Shown here piece by piece: positions 25,505-36,944 of a stretch of 64,000 nucleotides of DNA. The notes beneath the pieces were generated by a model. The model saw only the letters and a program-made list of their open reading frames with translations, searched no databases and had not been told where the DNA came from. The stretch spans positions 18,896,524 through 18,960,523 of the forward strand of contig JARFYF010000046.1 in NCBI GenBank assembly GCA_030265395.1, in the 5' to 3' direction. Position numbers and translations under genes: made by a program. Each line of letters opens with the position of its first letter. Position 1 is the stretch's first letter. This DNA comes from Rhina ancylostomus. Its lineage: Eukaryota.

Positions 25505-25850
25505 AAGACCACAGATGCTGGAAGACCTCAGCAGTTCAAGCAGCACGAGGAGGCAAAAGGTGTAGGTGAATACTTCAGGTCGAGACCCTGCATCAGGACT
25601 GAGAGGGAAGAAGAAAAACTAGGTGGACAGCGAGTGTGTGTGGGTGGAGAGCACAGGGGGGTGTGGGTTACCTGAAGCTGGAAAATTCAATGTTCATACC
25701 ATTGGGTTACAAGGTACCCAAGCAGAACACAGGATGTTGCTCTTCCAATTTGTGTCTGGCTTCTCTGCAGCAAAGTAGAAGGCGGAAGACAGACAGATCA
25801 GTGTGGAAGTAGGAAGGAGAGTTAAAATGATGTGCAACCAGAAGATGTAC
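25505..25850 (-). mobile_element. Penelope-like element fragment
   Basis: Terminal-repeat motif (ggtcgagaccctgcatcaggactg) followed by gttacctgaagctggaaaattcaatgttcatacc, typical of the GIY-YIG end on -. Confidence 0.6.
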
Positions 25851-25899
25851 TATGTAAGGAGGTGGTAAGCCACTGCGACCTATATAACCTCTGGTTCAA

Positions 25900-27350
25900 C
25901 CGTTGGCCTGTGCTGTTAACTGCTTTAAATAACGGCAGCATGACTTCACTCTGTGCCCTTGCATTTGAATTAAGATCTTTACAAGATGGTTAGCTCAAGG
26001 CTTTTCACAATTCCCTTCATCCATCAGCAGCTTTAATGGCTATTGATTCGTCTGCAGAAGGTTGTGGCATATTTATCAGGTTATGAAGGAATTGATCTAA
26101 AGGGACTCTGGGAAATTGTCCTATAAACGAATTAAGGGTTAAAAAGACCTTTGGCCAAATCTGTATAGATCTTAATCTTGTGCTGTGATTGCTTCTTTCA
26201 ATACATTATTTAATCATTACAGCCTTGAAATTCCATAAGTGTTCTCATCCACTGCAGTAGCCTCAGCAGGACTCACAGAGGATTCATATTCAGATTGTAT
26301 TCCTTTTCAGAGTTCCATCAATCTCCAGCTAGGTTAACTTATTAGAAAAGCTTCCACAGAACCTCCGAGCTAAAGGTTAACAAGTCATTGCCATTCTATA
26401 GCTGGGCAGATCAATTAGTAACCCCACCAACTTGAAAATATCTGCAGCAGAACCCACAACGGCTGGTATACAAGTTGCATCATTTGAAGGGACGTCAGCT
26501 TTTTACACTGTAACAACATTTCTATCTATTGTCTCAACAGCTCTGTTGAATTTTCCTTCATCTTTCAGAGATGGATCCATTTATAACTAACAGAACCTTG
26601 TACACCTTTCGTTCATCCTGTTTCTATTCTACATGAGACAAGGCCACACCTTGTATCCAATTCCAACTTCATATTAGAGAAAGTCAAAATTTCTCTCAAA
26701 TCCCAATTGTCAGATGCTTTAGGAAGCATTTTAATGGACCACATATATTACTCTTTGCTGCAAGCTACTTATTGCAACTCTGCTCCATGTGCAATTACCA
26801 GACTAACTAACGGGAAGATCTGATGCTGTCTGAGAGTTGCCATCACTTCTTGCCAGTCAACATGGACTGCAATGTTCTGATTGAAAGGTCTGCAAAAGAA
26901 ATTCACATCTGCCAAGATCAAGTTGTCAAGATTCAACACTAAACAAATAAAGGGCAGCCACTTCTTGCTTGGAAACTGGATTTCACCTTTTTTGGGTGCC
27001 CTAACTCCAGGCAGCATACAGCATTAATGGTCAATCAGAATCCCTCAGAAAGCTGTGAAATCAGCCAAATGTACATTAAGACCAGTGCTGCGGTGGTCTA
27101 CATCCAGAATTGTACGTTACAACAAGAGCTGNNNNNNNNNNNNNNNNNNNNNNNNNNNNNNNNNNNNNNNNNNNNNNNNNNNNNNNNNNNNNNNNNNNNN
27201 NNNNNNNNNNNNNNNNNNNNNNNNNNNNNNNAGCTGGATGGTTCCCAATTGAAGCTGTATGAAAACTTTGCAACTGGATGCATATGGTATTTATTTTGCT
27301 ACAAGGAATGGTTAGTTGGAGAGCTTTAAAAACAACAGAGGACAGCACTG
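25900..27350 (+). mobile_element. Possible highly decayed Gypsy-type LTR retrotransposon pol remnant (RNase H to integrase)
   Basis: Frameshifted motifs appear in the Gypsy order: LGRSISN..KxSAAE..GIQ/KLHHLKGRQLFTL, then NFILEKVK..SQLSDALGS, then HICQ..GQPLLAWKLDF. Pattern recognition only. Confidence 0.35.
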
Positions 27351-27785
27351 CGTTGATAATTGTTGAGGAGAAGCAGATTGTGTCTTGACACTGGGGAGAC
27401 CATGAAATCTAATTACTGCAAATACACTGTTTTAAAATTGAGTTCCAGTTATTCATCAGCTTAAATATTAACCAAGTTTGTTGGTTTAGAGTGCAAGCTG
27501 TGATCTGTTAAGATTACACTGCAGGCATGGAAGTCTTATGGTAGCAGGTCCACAAAAGCCAGGGTTCTCTGATATTAAGATCTCACTACAGTTACTTGGA
27601 TACCAAACAAATAGCAAAATTCCCTCCAATTCAGAGAATGCGCATTAATGTGGCACTGGCCATAATTAGAGTGCACTCATATTCTGATATTTAAGGTCGT
27701 TGACACATCAGTGGATGCCGGATCAGATCAGCTGTGCTCCAGAGTAGAGTGACAGTGAACCAGAGTGGCTACAGCTCAGTCTTAC

Positions 27786-27902
27786 CTTCATCTCTGCTTC
27801 CCTTTTGGCTTCTTCCATGGCAAATTCAAGCTCTTGTTTTGTACGGGCCACTTCCTCTCGAGTCTGCTGTGTAACTGTCAACTGCTTAGTTGTCTCAGCA
27901 CT
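27786..27902 (-). CDS. HIP1R: HIP1R exon 16: SAETTKQLTVTQQTREEVARTKQELEFAMEEAKREAEMK
   Basis: 117 nt, tgcag/gtaaga. Confidence 0.96.
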
Positions 27903-28884
27903 CTGCATGTATCAAATGAAAAGTATAGAGATTTAATCCCTTTCCTACCATCGTACTACATTCTACTTTATTTCAGTTACTCTCTGGCTCAATTCAGTAT
28001 AAACTCAGGAGATTCACAAATAACTCAATCATTTAAGTGCTAATCATAAAATAACTTTATCGTGGATACTAGCAACTAGTACAACTCAGAACTAATCATG
28101 CAAATAGAGAACAAACATACATTTCATTCTGTACCACTGCAAAGGCACAATAATGTGCTATATCATGCAAGCCATACAAATAAGGGACTCAGATTTGTTT
28201 CCCCTTCTGTAGTCAGTTGACTATCTCCACTACTATTGTCCCTGTCACAACAGTGTGCAAATATTGATGGTTTTACACACCAATAGCGATGGGGACAATA
28301 AGCAGTCACTTCGGTTAAAGAGCACGAGGGAATGAGTTAGAGTTTCCATTATTATTGCTGTAGAATGCTTCAACCAGGAAAGAATGTGTACAGGGAGATC
28401 AGATTTCATCCATCGCAAGTTCAAACAGCTTGCTGAAATTCAGCATAAACACAGAGGTTGGTTTTGCCAAGTTTATAAAAGTGGCAGGCCAATTTGACTC
28501 AAAATCCAGAAGTTTCTGAATTGACTGGATTAACTTATCTTGGTCCAATGTATGTCACTAAGTTTTTGAAACCTGGTTTTCTCAATTAACCCCTAAAGGA
28601 GAGAATATTGCAAAGTGCAATTGTCATTATAATCATAAAGTTGTGCAGGTAAACATTAAGAATGGACACCTGGTTAATTCATTAACAAACAAAATCTCTG
28701 ATCAAAAGCTACCGAAAGTTACAAATCCATGGGCACATTCTAACAACTGACCAGGTAAAGTAACCTTGATGAATTGTGTCAATAAATGGGTCCAATTATC
28801 ATGACAGAGACTAATATGGATGATTATATTGTCAGCTACAAGGTAAACAATAAATTAGCACAAACATCTTCAAAAAGCAAAAGC

Positions 28885-29365
28885 TACAGATGCTGGAAAT
28901 GCAAATAAAACCCAGAAAACGCTGGAAATACTCAACAGCTCGGGCAGCAGCTGTGGAGAGAAAAACAGAATTAACCCTTCAGGTCAATGACCTTTCATCA
29001 GGACTGGGGAATTGTCCAAAGAGTGCATGGTTAAAACTTGAAAAGAATGGGGAGAGATAGAACGAAAAAAAGTAATGTCTGAGGAGATGGATGACAGAGA
29101 ATGGTGTTGATGAGGAGCGGATGCTAAAAGGTTGTTAATCGTAACTAGTTAATCAGTGGGTCGGGGAGTGGGCAAGGGATTGTGCGATGCAGAACAGCAG
29201 TTATTGGATATCTGGACATGAAGGAGGATGCTAGAAAAGCCCAGGTCAGGCAGCGCCTGGAGAGAGAAAAACTGACATATCACAACCGACCAAGAATTGA
29301 AAATAAATTACAAAATAATTAATGCTGGAAAACTGAAACAAAGGTGCTGGATACACTGAGCAGGC
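28885..29365 (-). mobile_element. Cluster of Penelope-like terminal-repeat fragments
   Basis: gatgctggaaat...ctcaacagctcgggcagcagctgtggagagaaaaacagaattaacccttcaggtcaatgacctttcatcag plus partial repeats at 29228 and 29322. Confidence 0.6.
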
Positions 29366-30184
29366 TTGAGAAATTGTCTCTTCCCTGACTCAGGATCTTT
29401 AACATTGATGATAGTTACTCAATCAGCAGAAGCTGCAAATGAGTTTGCTGATCCTTCCCAATTATCCAAGAGTCTCCTGAAATTAAGGACAGATTTCTGG
29501 GACACTGTTACAGGTAGTCCAGGAGAAGATAGCAAATGGAGCTGATGATCATTATCACTGCAGTAATGAGAGAGTTGCTATTAGCGGGCTAGGCTGGGCT
29601 GGGCTTTGACACAGTAATATATGGGTAAAGTTGCGCCATGTCATTGGGTCACATAACTTATCTTCAAACCTGTGAAGCATCTTTGAATGTCTTACTGCAA
29701 GACAGACAATGTAAAGGAAAGCTGTTATTTCAACAGTGATTTTTGTCCATCCAGATGCATTATACAATGGTTCTGGATTTTCTAATGAAATGTATTTTAG
29801 ATCTTTTATCACATTGAAACTTTATTCGTATTGTCGGCCTAAATTTAATATTGAAGACCTGTGTTGCATCAAAACCACTTTCAAATTTCGACCTACGCTA
29901 TTGTGTAGGTTTCTGTTTGGCACTATACTAAGAAAAGGAATCAGTTAGAGGATGAATCTCCTGATCTAGTTTACTTCCTTTGCAAGGGGAATATCAACAT
30001 CTTTTACTCAGCAGTTTAGGAGTAAATTTTAGTGCAGATAAAAATATCTTCTGCAGGCTAATGGAAATTTTGTAAATTTGTTTGGATCAATTTGCTAGGA
30101 AATTATTAGCAGTACATTAGTCTGTAAAGGTGATTACAGGAAGCTTTGATTAGCCTGGGCAAAAGTTGGTACAGAAATTAAAGC

Positions 30185-30270
30185 AGAAAATGCTGGAAAT
30201 ACTCAGCAGGTCTGTGGACAGAGAAAAAGATTTAATGTTTCAGATCAATGACCTTTCATTAGAACTGGAA
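30185..30270 (-). mobile_element. Penelope-like terminal-repeat fragment
   Basis: aaatgctggaaatactcagcaggtctgtggacagag...tttcagatcaatgacctttcattagaactgg; same family as 28885. Confidence 0.6.
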
Positions 30271-30787
30271 AAAATTGAGACAGGTTTATTTCTAAGCTTC
30301 CCAGTCTGAAAAGAGAATTGGCTGCAAGATGAAAATCACTGAAGCACAAAATCAAAGAAATGAACAGTATTGCTCAGCATTCAGGTCCACAGCCACATAA
30401 TTACTAGAAAGAAGAGATAAATCAACCAGGGCTGCTTCTGCATGAGATTTTAACCTCAAGGTATATAAATACTTTAGGTTAAGACTACATCTCTAAAGAA
30501 CGATGGCAGAGCCATTATCTAAAGCATGATACTGACCTCGTGGTTAACCTTGGATATTGACCAATTGGTTAACAAGCCATCTGTACATCCTGATCTACTA
30601 ACCCATTTACCCATTTCAAGTTGTACTTTTTGCTATTATGCCGCTAATAAAGTTAAAGCCAATATTCTCCTCAAAGATTTGTAGGTAATTCACCTAAAAT
30701 CTGACAAAGCCTGGCTCCTGGGCTTGGAATGAAGCTGGGAATCTGGCTCCTTGTTCGTGTAGTTTAGAAATTTCACCATCTTCTGCA

Positions 30788-31362
30788 ATTGGTAATTGGT
30801 TTATTGCTGTCACGTGTACTGAGGTACAGAGAAAAATTTTATTTTGCATGCCATCCATAATGATCATTTCATCACATCAGTACACGGAGGTAGTACAAGG
30901 GAAAAGCAATAACAGAATGCAGAATATAGTGATACAGATACAGAGAAAGGGCAGTGCAGGCAGACAATAAGGTGCAAAGCCATGAGGAGGAAGATTGAGA
31001 GGTTGCGTCCCTCCTATCATACAAGAGGTTCATTCAATACTTTTATAACAATGGGATGGAAACGGTCCCTGCGCCTGGTGATACGTGCTTTCAGGCTTTT
31101 GCATTTTTGCCTTATGGGAGGAGGGTGGGGGGAGAGAGGAGAGAAGAATGTCTCAGGTGGGAGGGATCTTTGATTATGCCAGCTGCTTTTCCAAGGCAGC
31201 GAGAAGTGTGGACAGAGTCCCTGGAGGGGAGGCTGGTCTTCATGATGGAATGAGCTGTGCCCACAACTCTCTGCAGTTTTGTTTAGCAGTCTTGGGCAGA
31301 GCAGTTGCCATACCAACCTGTGATGCATCCAGATAGGATACTTTCTATGGTGCACCTATAAA
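30788..31362 (-). mobile_element. Rex1/Babar-type LINE 3' portion
   Basis: Minus-strand frameshifted peptide ends ...KSLKARITRRRDRFHPIVIKVLN, like the Rex1 C-terminus; the tail is the reverse complement of tttcactgtacctc..gtgacaataataaaccaattacc. Confidence 0.8.
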
Positions 31363-32169
31363 CTGGATAAACATGTTCAGAGTCACCTGTAGTTTCCAGA
31401 GGTTCCCTTGATCTCCAAAGGCCTATACAAGCTCAAGTCTGACAATATCAAGTTTCAAGTTTGGTTCTCACCACAGGCAGTAAAGCACATAGCCCTGAGG
31501 CTTCATTCCATGAGGTGACACATTAGAAGGCAATAAGGTGTGTGCGAGTACTTTAATTCTCTAGGTAGTATTTAAAATCAGATAAATATTTCAACTGACT
31601 TTTCTTATCACACCCAAAACAATTAACAAATATTGCACAAATCTAACATTGTAAACCAGCTGCCTGAACCAGACATGCATCACCCCACCTTCCACAACAG
31701 CTTCTGGCCAAGTTTTAATCGGTGCAGGTAATAAGAAACATCTTTAGAAACAGGCCTTTTGCCGAGCCTCAAATGTTTTCAACATTAATAAATTCCAGTC
31801 AACCGCTTCAGAAGAGGAATTTGGTCCCATTTCCAAACTTGCTTTGATTTCAATGGTGAAAGCAATCCATTTATTTTCAAGTGGTTGCAGCTGGGATTAG
31901 AAAATATCCAAACCACTTTGCAACATCTGCAACATTTATCCAAATTTCTAGCTAAACAGTTTCAAAGTCCAATATTGTGAACAACCGAGTGAGAGAGTGT
32001 CAGCCCCATTTCCTGTTGAGATCCAGGATCACACTTCAAATGTACACAAGGAACAAAATGCAAAAGGTTAATAACTAACAAAATGACCAAAAGTCAAGTG
32101 CAAAGATAACTTTGCTCATTTTGAAATGGATTGTGTTCAGTTGCAGTCTCAGTGAAAGGCTTTCCATAC

Positions 32170-32258
32170 CTTTCTGAGGAGCTCTGCGTGAGTGTTGACA
32201 AGATCACTGTGCTTTTCTTTTAGTTTATTGTAGCGCTGCTCATTCGCCTGGACTTTCT
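32170..32258 (-). CDS. HIP1R: HIP1R exon 15: (K)KVQANEQRYNKLKEKHSDLVNTHAELLRK
   Basis: 89 nt, tacag/gtatgg; clathrin light chain-binding coiled coil. Confidence 0.96.
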
Positions 32259-33307
32259 CTGTAAAAGCAATTTGAGTGATTAGAGTGAAACTGGACAGAG
32301 CTGTTGATATATTAAGCCAGTGGGTTTTAGCATGCGTTTTTGAGTTCACTTGAGTATCAAGTGAATTTTCTGTGATCTTTCTAAATTGCTTGCACTCTCA
32401 CAGAAGTACAATTGAATCCAGAGTAGCCCCTATTCTCAGGTGAGATATCAGTGATATGTGCACTGGCTGGGGACAGGATAGATAACAAATGACATGACTG
32501 TTAACTACTTTTCTGTTGTTGGTCTCATTGCAATTAAACAAAACAATTAAAAAAAACATCACATACATTCTCACTGAAGCATCGTTTCCAGGAACTACTG
32601 CACCATAATAATTAGCACATTTGCAGAAGCAACGGCAGGATTATCTGCATTCTCTGTGCCATTTTGCCCATGATTTTCTTACTTTCCCATTGATCATATT
32701 TACAGCAGAGGTAAGCTACACACAAACACCCATGATACACAAATTCCTTCATAAAATTGGCCCAGAATTTCCAGTATTGGATGGCAGTAGAGTTCTGCCT
32801 TTTAATTATGTTTTCTTTGAGTGAAGTCATCAAAGGAAATGAGAGCCTCAATAAGATAGGTTTGTAAAAGCCTGAAGAAACTAATCCTTACAATTAAAAT
32901 CCTTACAGATTCAAGAAGATTATCTCCTGTATGTCAGTCACAAACTAATTGCATAGTTTTACCTTGTCGAGTGCATGAAATCCAAATAGTATTGTATACA
33001 GGACTAGGTCTTAGGTACATAACTAACAGGATATGTATGAGAAGGGTTGAAATTTAAGCACAGGCCATCAAGTATCTCCATTGTCTGCTGGAATTCAGAT
33101 TATTAATGAATGGGAGTGAATATGCGGAGATAGGTTAGATTATGGCAAAAATGTAGAGACATTGTGTGGGCAGGAACCGGGATGCCATTAAGTAGGCCAG
33201 TAAAGTTATGGTGTCAATTGAATCTGAAAGCCCCACCCACTGGATCAACACTCTGGTACAGACATTAATGATTTCTTCAGAACGAACACGGCAAGGACAC
33301 AACTCAC

Positions 33308-33491
33308 TCTCTGCCTCAACTAGCAAGAACTGCGTTTTATCTGCGTCACCCTTCTGCTTCCGCAAGTTTTCCAGCTCATCCCGCAGCTCTTCATTATCGA
33401 CCAATGCCTTCTGTTTCAGCTTGCGGGTTTCTTCCAGCTCTGTCTCCAGCACGTTAATCTGGGCTTTCAATTGTGCAATATACTTCTGGGC
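33308..33491 (-). CDS. HIP1R: HIP1R exon 14: AQKYIAQLKAQINVLETELEETRKLKQKALVDNEELRDELENLRKQKGDADKTQFLLVEAE
   Basis: 184 nt, ccag/gtgagt. Confidence 0.96.
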
Positions 33492-34114
33492 CTGGCAACA
33501 AGACAAAACCACTGGTTAATCCTGCTGCTTTCCCACACTTTAAATAAAAAGGTCAAAACTTAAAAAATTAATTGTCAGCATTACTCCTTCCCATTCCTTT
33601 AATTACAATGTGCCAAATCTGACTGCCTACACACATTCTGCAACTAAACATCAGCATGCCTCTGATTATTGAACCTGCAGCAGCTTCCCAACCAGGTGTC
33701 CCAGCTGGCCGTCAGCCAATTTGGTGGTTGTTCATGCCCTCGGTGGTTGGATAAACCAAAGTGCTGTATCCAAACTTAAGTAGGAATACTCAGGAAAGGT
33801 GAAGGTTGTTTTGTGTTCATCTTATACATGATCCTGGCCATGGCTGGAATTCAACTTGCAATGTTAAGATATTTTCATATTACCACAGCGCACCACATCC
33901 CAAGTAGGGGTAGTGGGCATTCACCTGTCACAAGGAACTTGATGTGTTTAGAAAGAACATCTCATTTCAGTGAGAACATAAATTTATATCAGATCAGGGT
34001 TGGAGTGCAAGTGTTGCTGGAAAATATCATGCTTTTCTTTCCCCCTAGGTGAACCAATAATCCAAGACTAACACTGAAGTTGTGTTCTACCATTACAATC
34101 CCTTTTGTTTACTC

Positions 34115-34520
34115 AGGATGTCTCAAAGTGCTCCACAACCTCTGGAAGAGCCATCACTGTTGTTTTGTAGGCAACTAGAGCAACCAAATTGCATACAGAA
34201 ACGTACTCCATTCAGCAAATCAGATGACCAAACTGCTGATGTGTTCTGGTGATGTTAACTGAGGCTGTGCTCTCTAGAACACAGTTGAGAAGCACAAAAC
34301 ATTTGTAGTTTNNNNNNNNNNNNNNNNNNNNNNNNNNNNNNNNNNNNNNNNNNNNNNNNNNNNNNNNNNNNNNNNNNNNNNNNNNNNNNNNNNNNNNNNN
34401 NNNNNNNNNNNAAAACATTTGTAGTTTGACTGAATAGACCCAAAGGCCTGGCTGAGCATCTCCATCAAAAGACAGCACCTTCACCAGTGCAGCACTCCCT
34501 TGTTTCTACCCTACACTGGG
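34115..34520 (-). mobile_element. DeuSINE fragment spanning an N gap
   Basis: ggatgtctcaaagtgctccaca...cagatgaccaaa...aaagacagcaccttcaccagtgcagcactccct are DeuSINE body motifs on -. Confidence 0.6.
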
Positions 34521-35371
34521 CCCAATCATGCTTGAGCCACTGGCACCCCATGTGTGCCTTCTGCATGGCTCCCAACATCTTTGAGGCCTTGCTGCTGTGG
34601 TTGTTGGGCAAGGCCTCAGGCAGTACAAACAGAGGCCTGGAACCCAAGTGCCCTGATGGTCTTCTTAAGTTTGCACTCAAGGGCAGCTTTTCGCTGTTTC
34701 TAAACACCCCTGGTGATCAGAAACACTTGCAAATAGCTGAAATACATTTCATTGAAATATATTCAATTAAAATACATTCATTTAAAAACACACAAAGCTC
34801 ATTAAAACATTAATTAAAATAAAGATTAAAAAAACTTTAGCTTTGCTTCTCTTTTCCATTCAGGTCAGATGATTGGAATGCACTAGGTGTACCAGCCATG
34901 GCACACATGGCTGGCACATGAGGGGCCAGATACAAAGTGCATTCTACCCTGCTGCTCAAAACCTCAGTGACGAGTCCAGGGCACCACAAGAGACACAGAG
35001 ATAAGGAAGCCGCTGACACACATACCGGAGCTAGCTGATTTGCTACAGAATGACTGCCTTAGAACGCCATCAGGGCAGTCAGGATCCAGTCCTCAGTTTG
35101 CACTGCCTGAGGCCTTGCAGAACAGCCACCACAACATGGCATCAAGGACATTGGAAGCTGTGCAGTCACAACATGGGGATCACCTTCTCTCTCTCAGCCA
35201 TGAATAATTAAGAGAGGCGGGGGAGTTGTTTTAAAAATGGTTGACTGAATTTTGCCAACATTAAAGCAAACTTTGAAAGTTGCTTTAATGTTAGCAAAAG
35301 TTCCTTGTGTTTCACCTTTCTCATTAACTCTTCCTCCAAGTTCAAGGTGAGGTTTATAAAGAGGGTCTCAC

Positions 35372-35444
35372 CTCAGACTTTACTCTTTCTAGCTCAACTT
35401 TCAGCAGTTCCACCTCTTTCTTCAGGTTGTCAATTTGAAGGTCT
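35372..35444 (-). CDS. HIP1R: HIP1R exon 13: (R)DLQIDNLKKEVELLKVELERVKSE
   Basis: 73 nt, tgcag/gtgaga. Confidence 0.95.
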
Positions 35445-35534
35445 CTGCATGAACAATGCACAAAAGGCAACGTCAAATGTAAGCAGAACATCTTTTTGCT
35501 AAACCCAGTCATTCATTCTCAAAGCTCATCTTAC

Positions 35535-35608
35535 CTATCATCTTTCACAAAACCATTATTAGTCGGAGGACCAAAAGCAGCATCGAAAATATCCACATCC
35601 ACCAAATT
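35535..35608 (-). CDS. HIP1R: HIP1R exon 12: NLVDVDIFDAAFGPPTNNGFVKDDR
   Basis: 74 nt, tctag/gtaaga; FGPP..G.VKDDR is conserved with human. Confidence 0.9.
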
Positions 35609-35744
35609 CTAGAAGAAAATATGTTCAGCTCTTTAATATGCAAAAGTTTCCTCAACTTCTTAAAACCAATAAAAAGCTAAAAAAAAGCAAGTAGCGTGGT
35701 GACTCGTTGCAAGCTGCTTTCTACAGCTCATTACCTTTACTCAC

Positions 35745-35840
35745 TCTGTACTGTGTAATGAATTGATCTGTATGATTGGTACGTAAGACAAGTTTTTCAC
35801 TGTACCTCGGTACAAGTGACAATAATAAACCAATACCAAT
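35745..35840 (+). mobile_element. Rex1-type LINE 3' tail
   Basis: ttttcactgtacctcggtacaagtgacaataataaaccaataccaat; same tail as the element ending at 30788. Confidence 0.65.
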
Positions 35841-36006
35841 AGTTAGAGAGACAAGATTTTAACCTGGAATAAGAACCCAACCTGTCTAGGAGTGTTTACA
35901 TCCTGGTCAAAGGACGACCATTTCAACAACATTGACTCACTTTAACTTTTCAAATGACACTTTGTCACAGGTATGGTAAGTTAGCAGTGACTGACAACTG
36001 ACCATG

Positions 36007-36853
36007 GCTGCCAATTAAGCCACAGCCACCATGAGATTGGGATTGAGCAAGAATCCTAGAGAACACAAGGNNNNNNNNNNNNNNNNNNNNNNNNNNNNNN
36101 NNNNNNNNNNNNNNNNNNNNNNNNNNNNNNNNNNNNNNNNNNNNNNNNNNNNNNNNNNNNNNNNNNNNNNAGAAAAGAAGTTAAAGTAGTCCCGGCCTAT
36201 TTTTATGCATTGGATGGGGATTGGAGTTAAAGTGTGCCGTTCTAACATGTTTTCGGCAGTGAGAGTTAGCAGCAGAAATATGTTGCTACCGGGACTGCAA
36301 AAAAATAGCTTCTCACGCAAGGGGAGGGATGATGGAGGGCGAAGCTGGGCAGGTTTCATTGTCACTGCGATGCAAAACACAGAGGAATTCCAAAGGTTTC
36401 TTGTGGACAGTGGTGCTCTTCCTTTCCCATTAGGAAAACTGCAAAAGAATTTTACTAGATGGATCGGTCCTCTTCAGGGCCTGCATCCATATCACGGCAA
36501 AATTCACAGGTATGGATCTGTGCGCAACTTGCACTGCCCAAGATTAAAACACCATCAAGGGTCCAAATAATACAAGTTCACTCCGACTGTTGTATTTTTC
36601 ATGACACTCCTGCATCATGGGTGACGGCAAGTCTCACTGCTGAAAACATGTTAGAACGGCACACTTTAACTCCAATCCCCATCCAATGCATAAAAATAGG
36701 CCAGGACTACTTTAATTTCTTTTCTGAAGGAGCTACTTAAATTTTCCCACATTTCCAACTATAAATCCACTAAAACAGTAGGAGAACTCCCTTGTGTTCT
36801 CTGGGATTCTTGCTCAATCCCGATCTCATGGTGGCTGTGGCTTAATTGGCAGC
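36007..36853. repeat. Long inverted repeat: arms 36007-36263 (with N gap) and 36633-36853, spacer about 370 nt
   Basis: By eye the arms are reverse complements with about 5 transition differences over ~155 readable nt. Confidence 0.9.
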
Positions 36854-36944
36854 ACTCTGCTCTAAGTCACATGGCCATGGGCTCATGAGAAGACTTAAAC
36901 AGAAGGCCTGTGTATGTATAATTTATGTTAATTTGAGTTTATGT

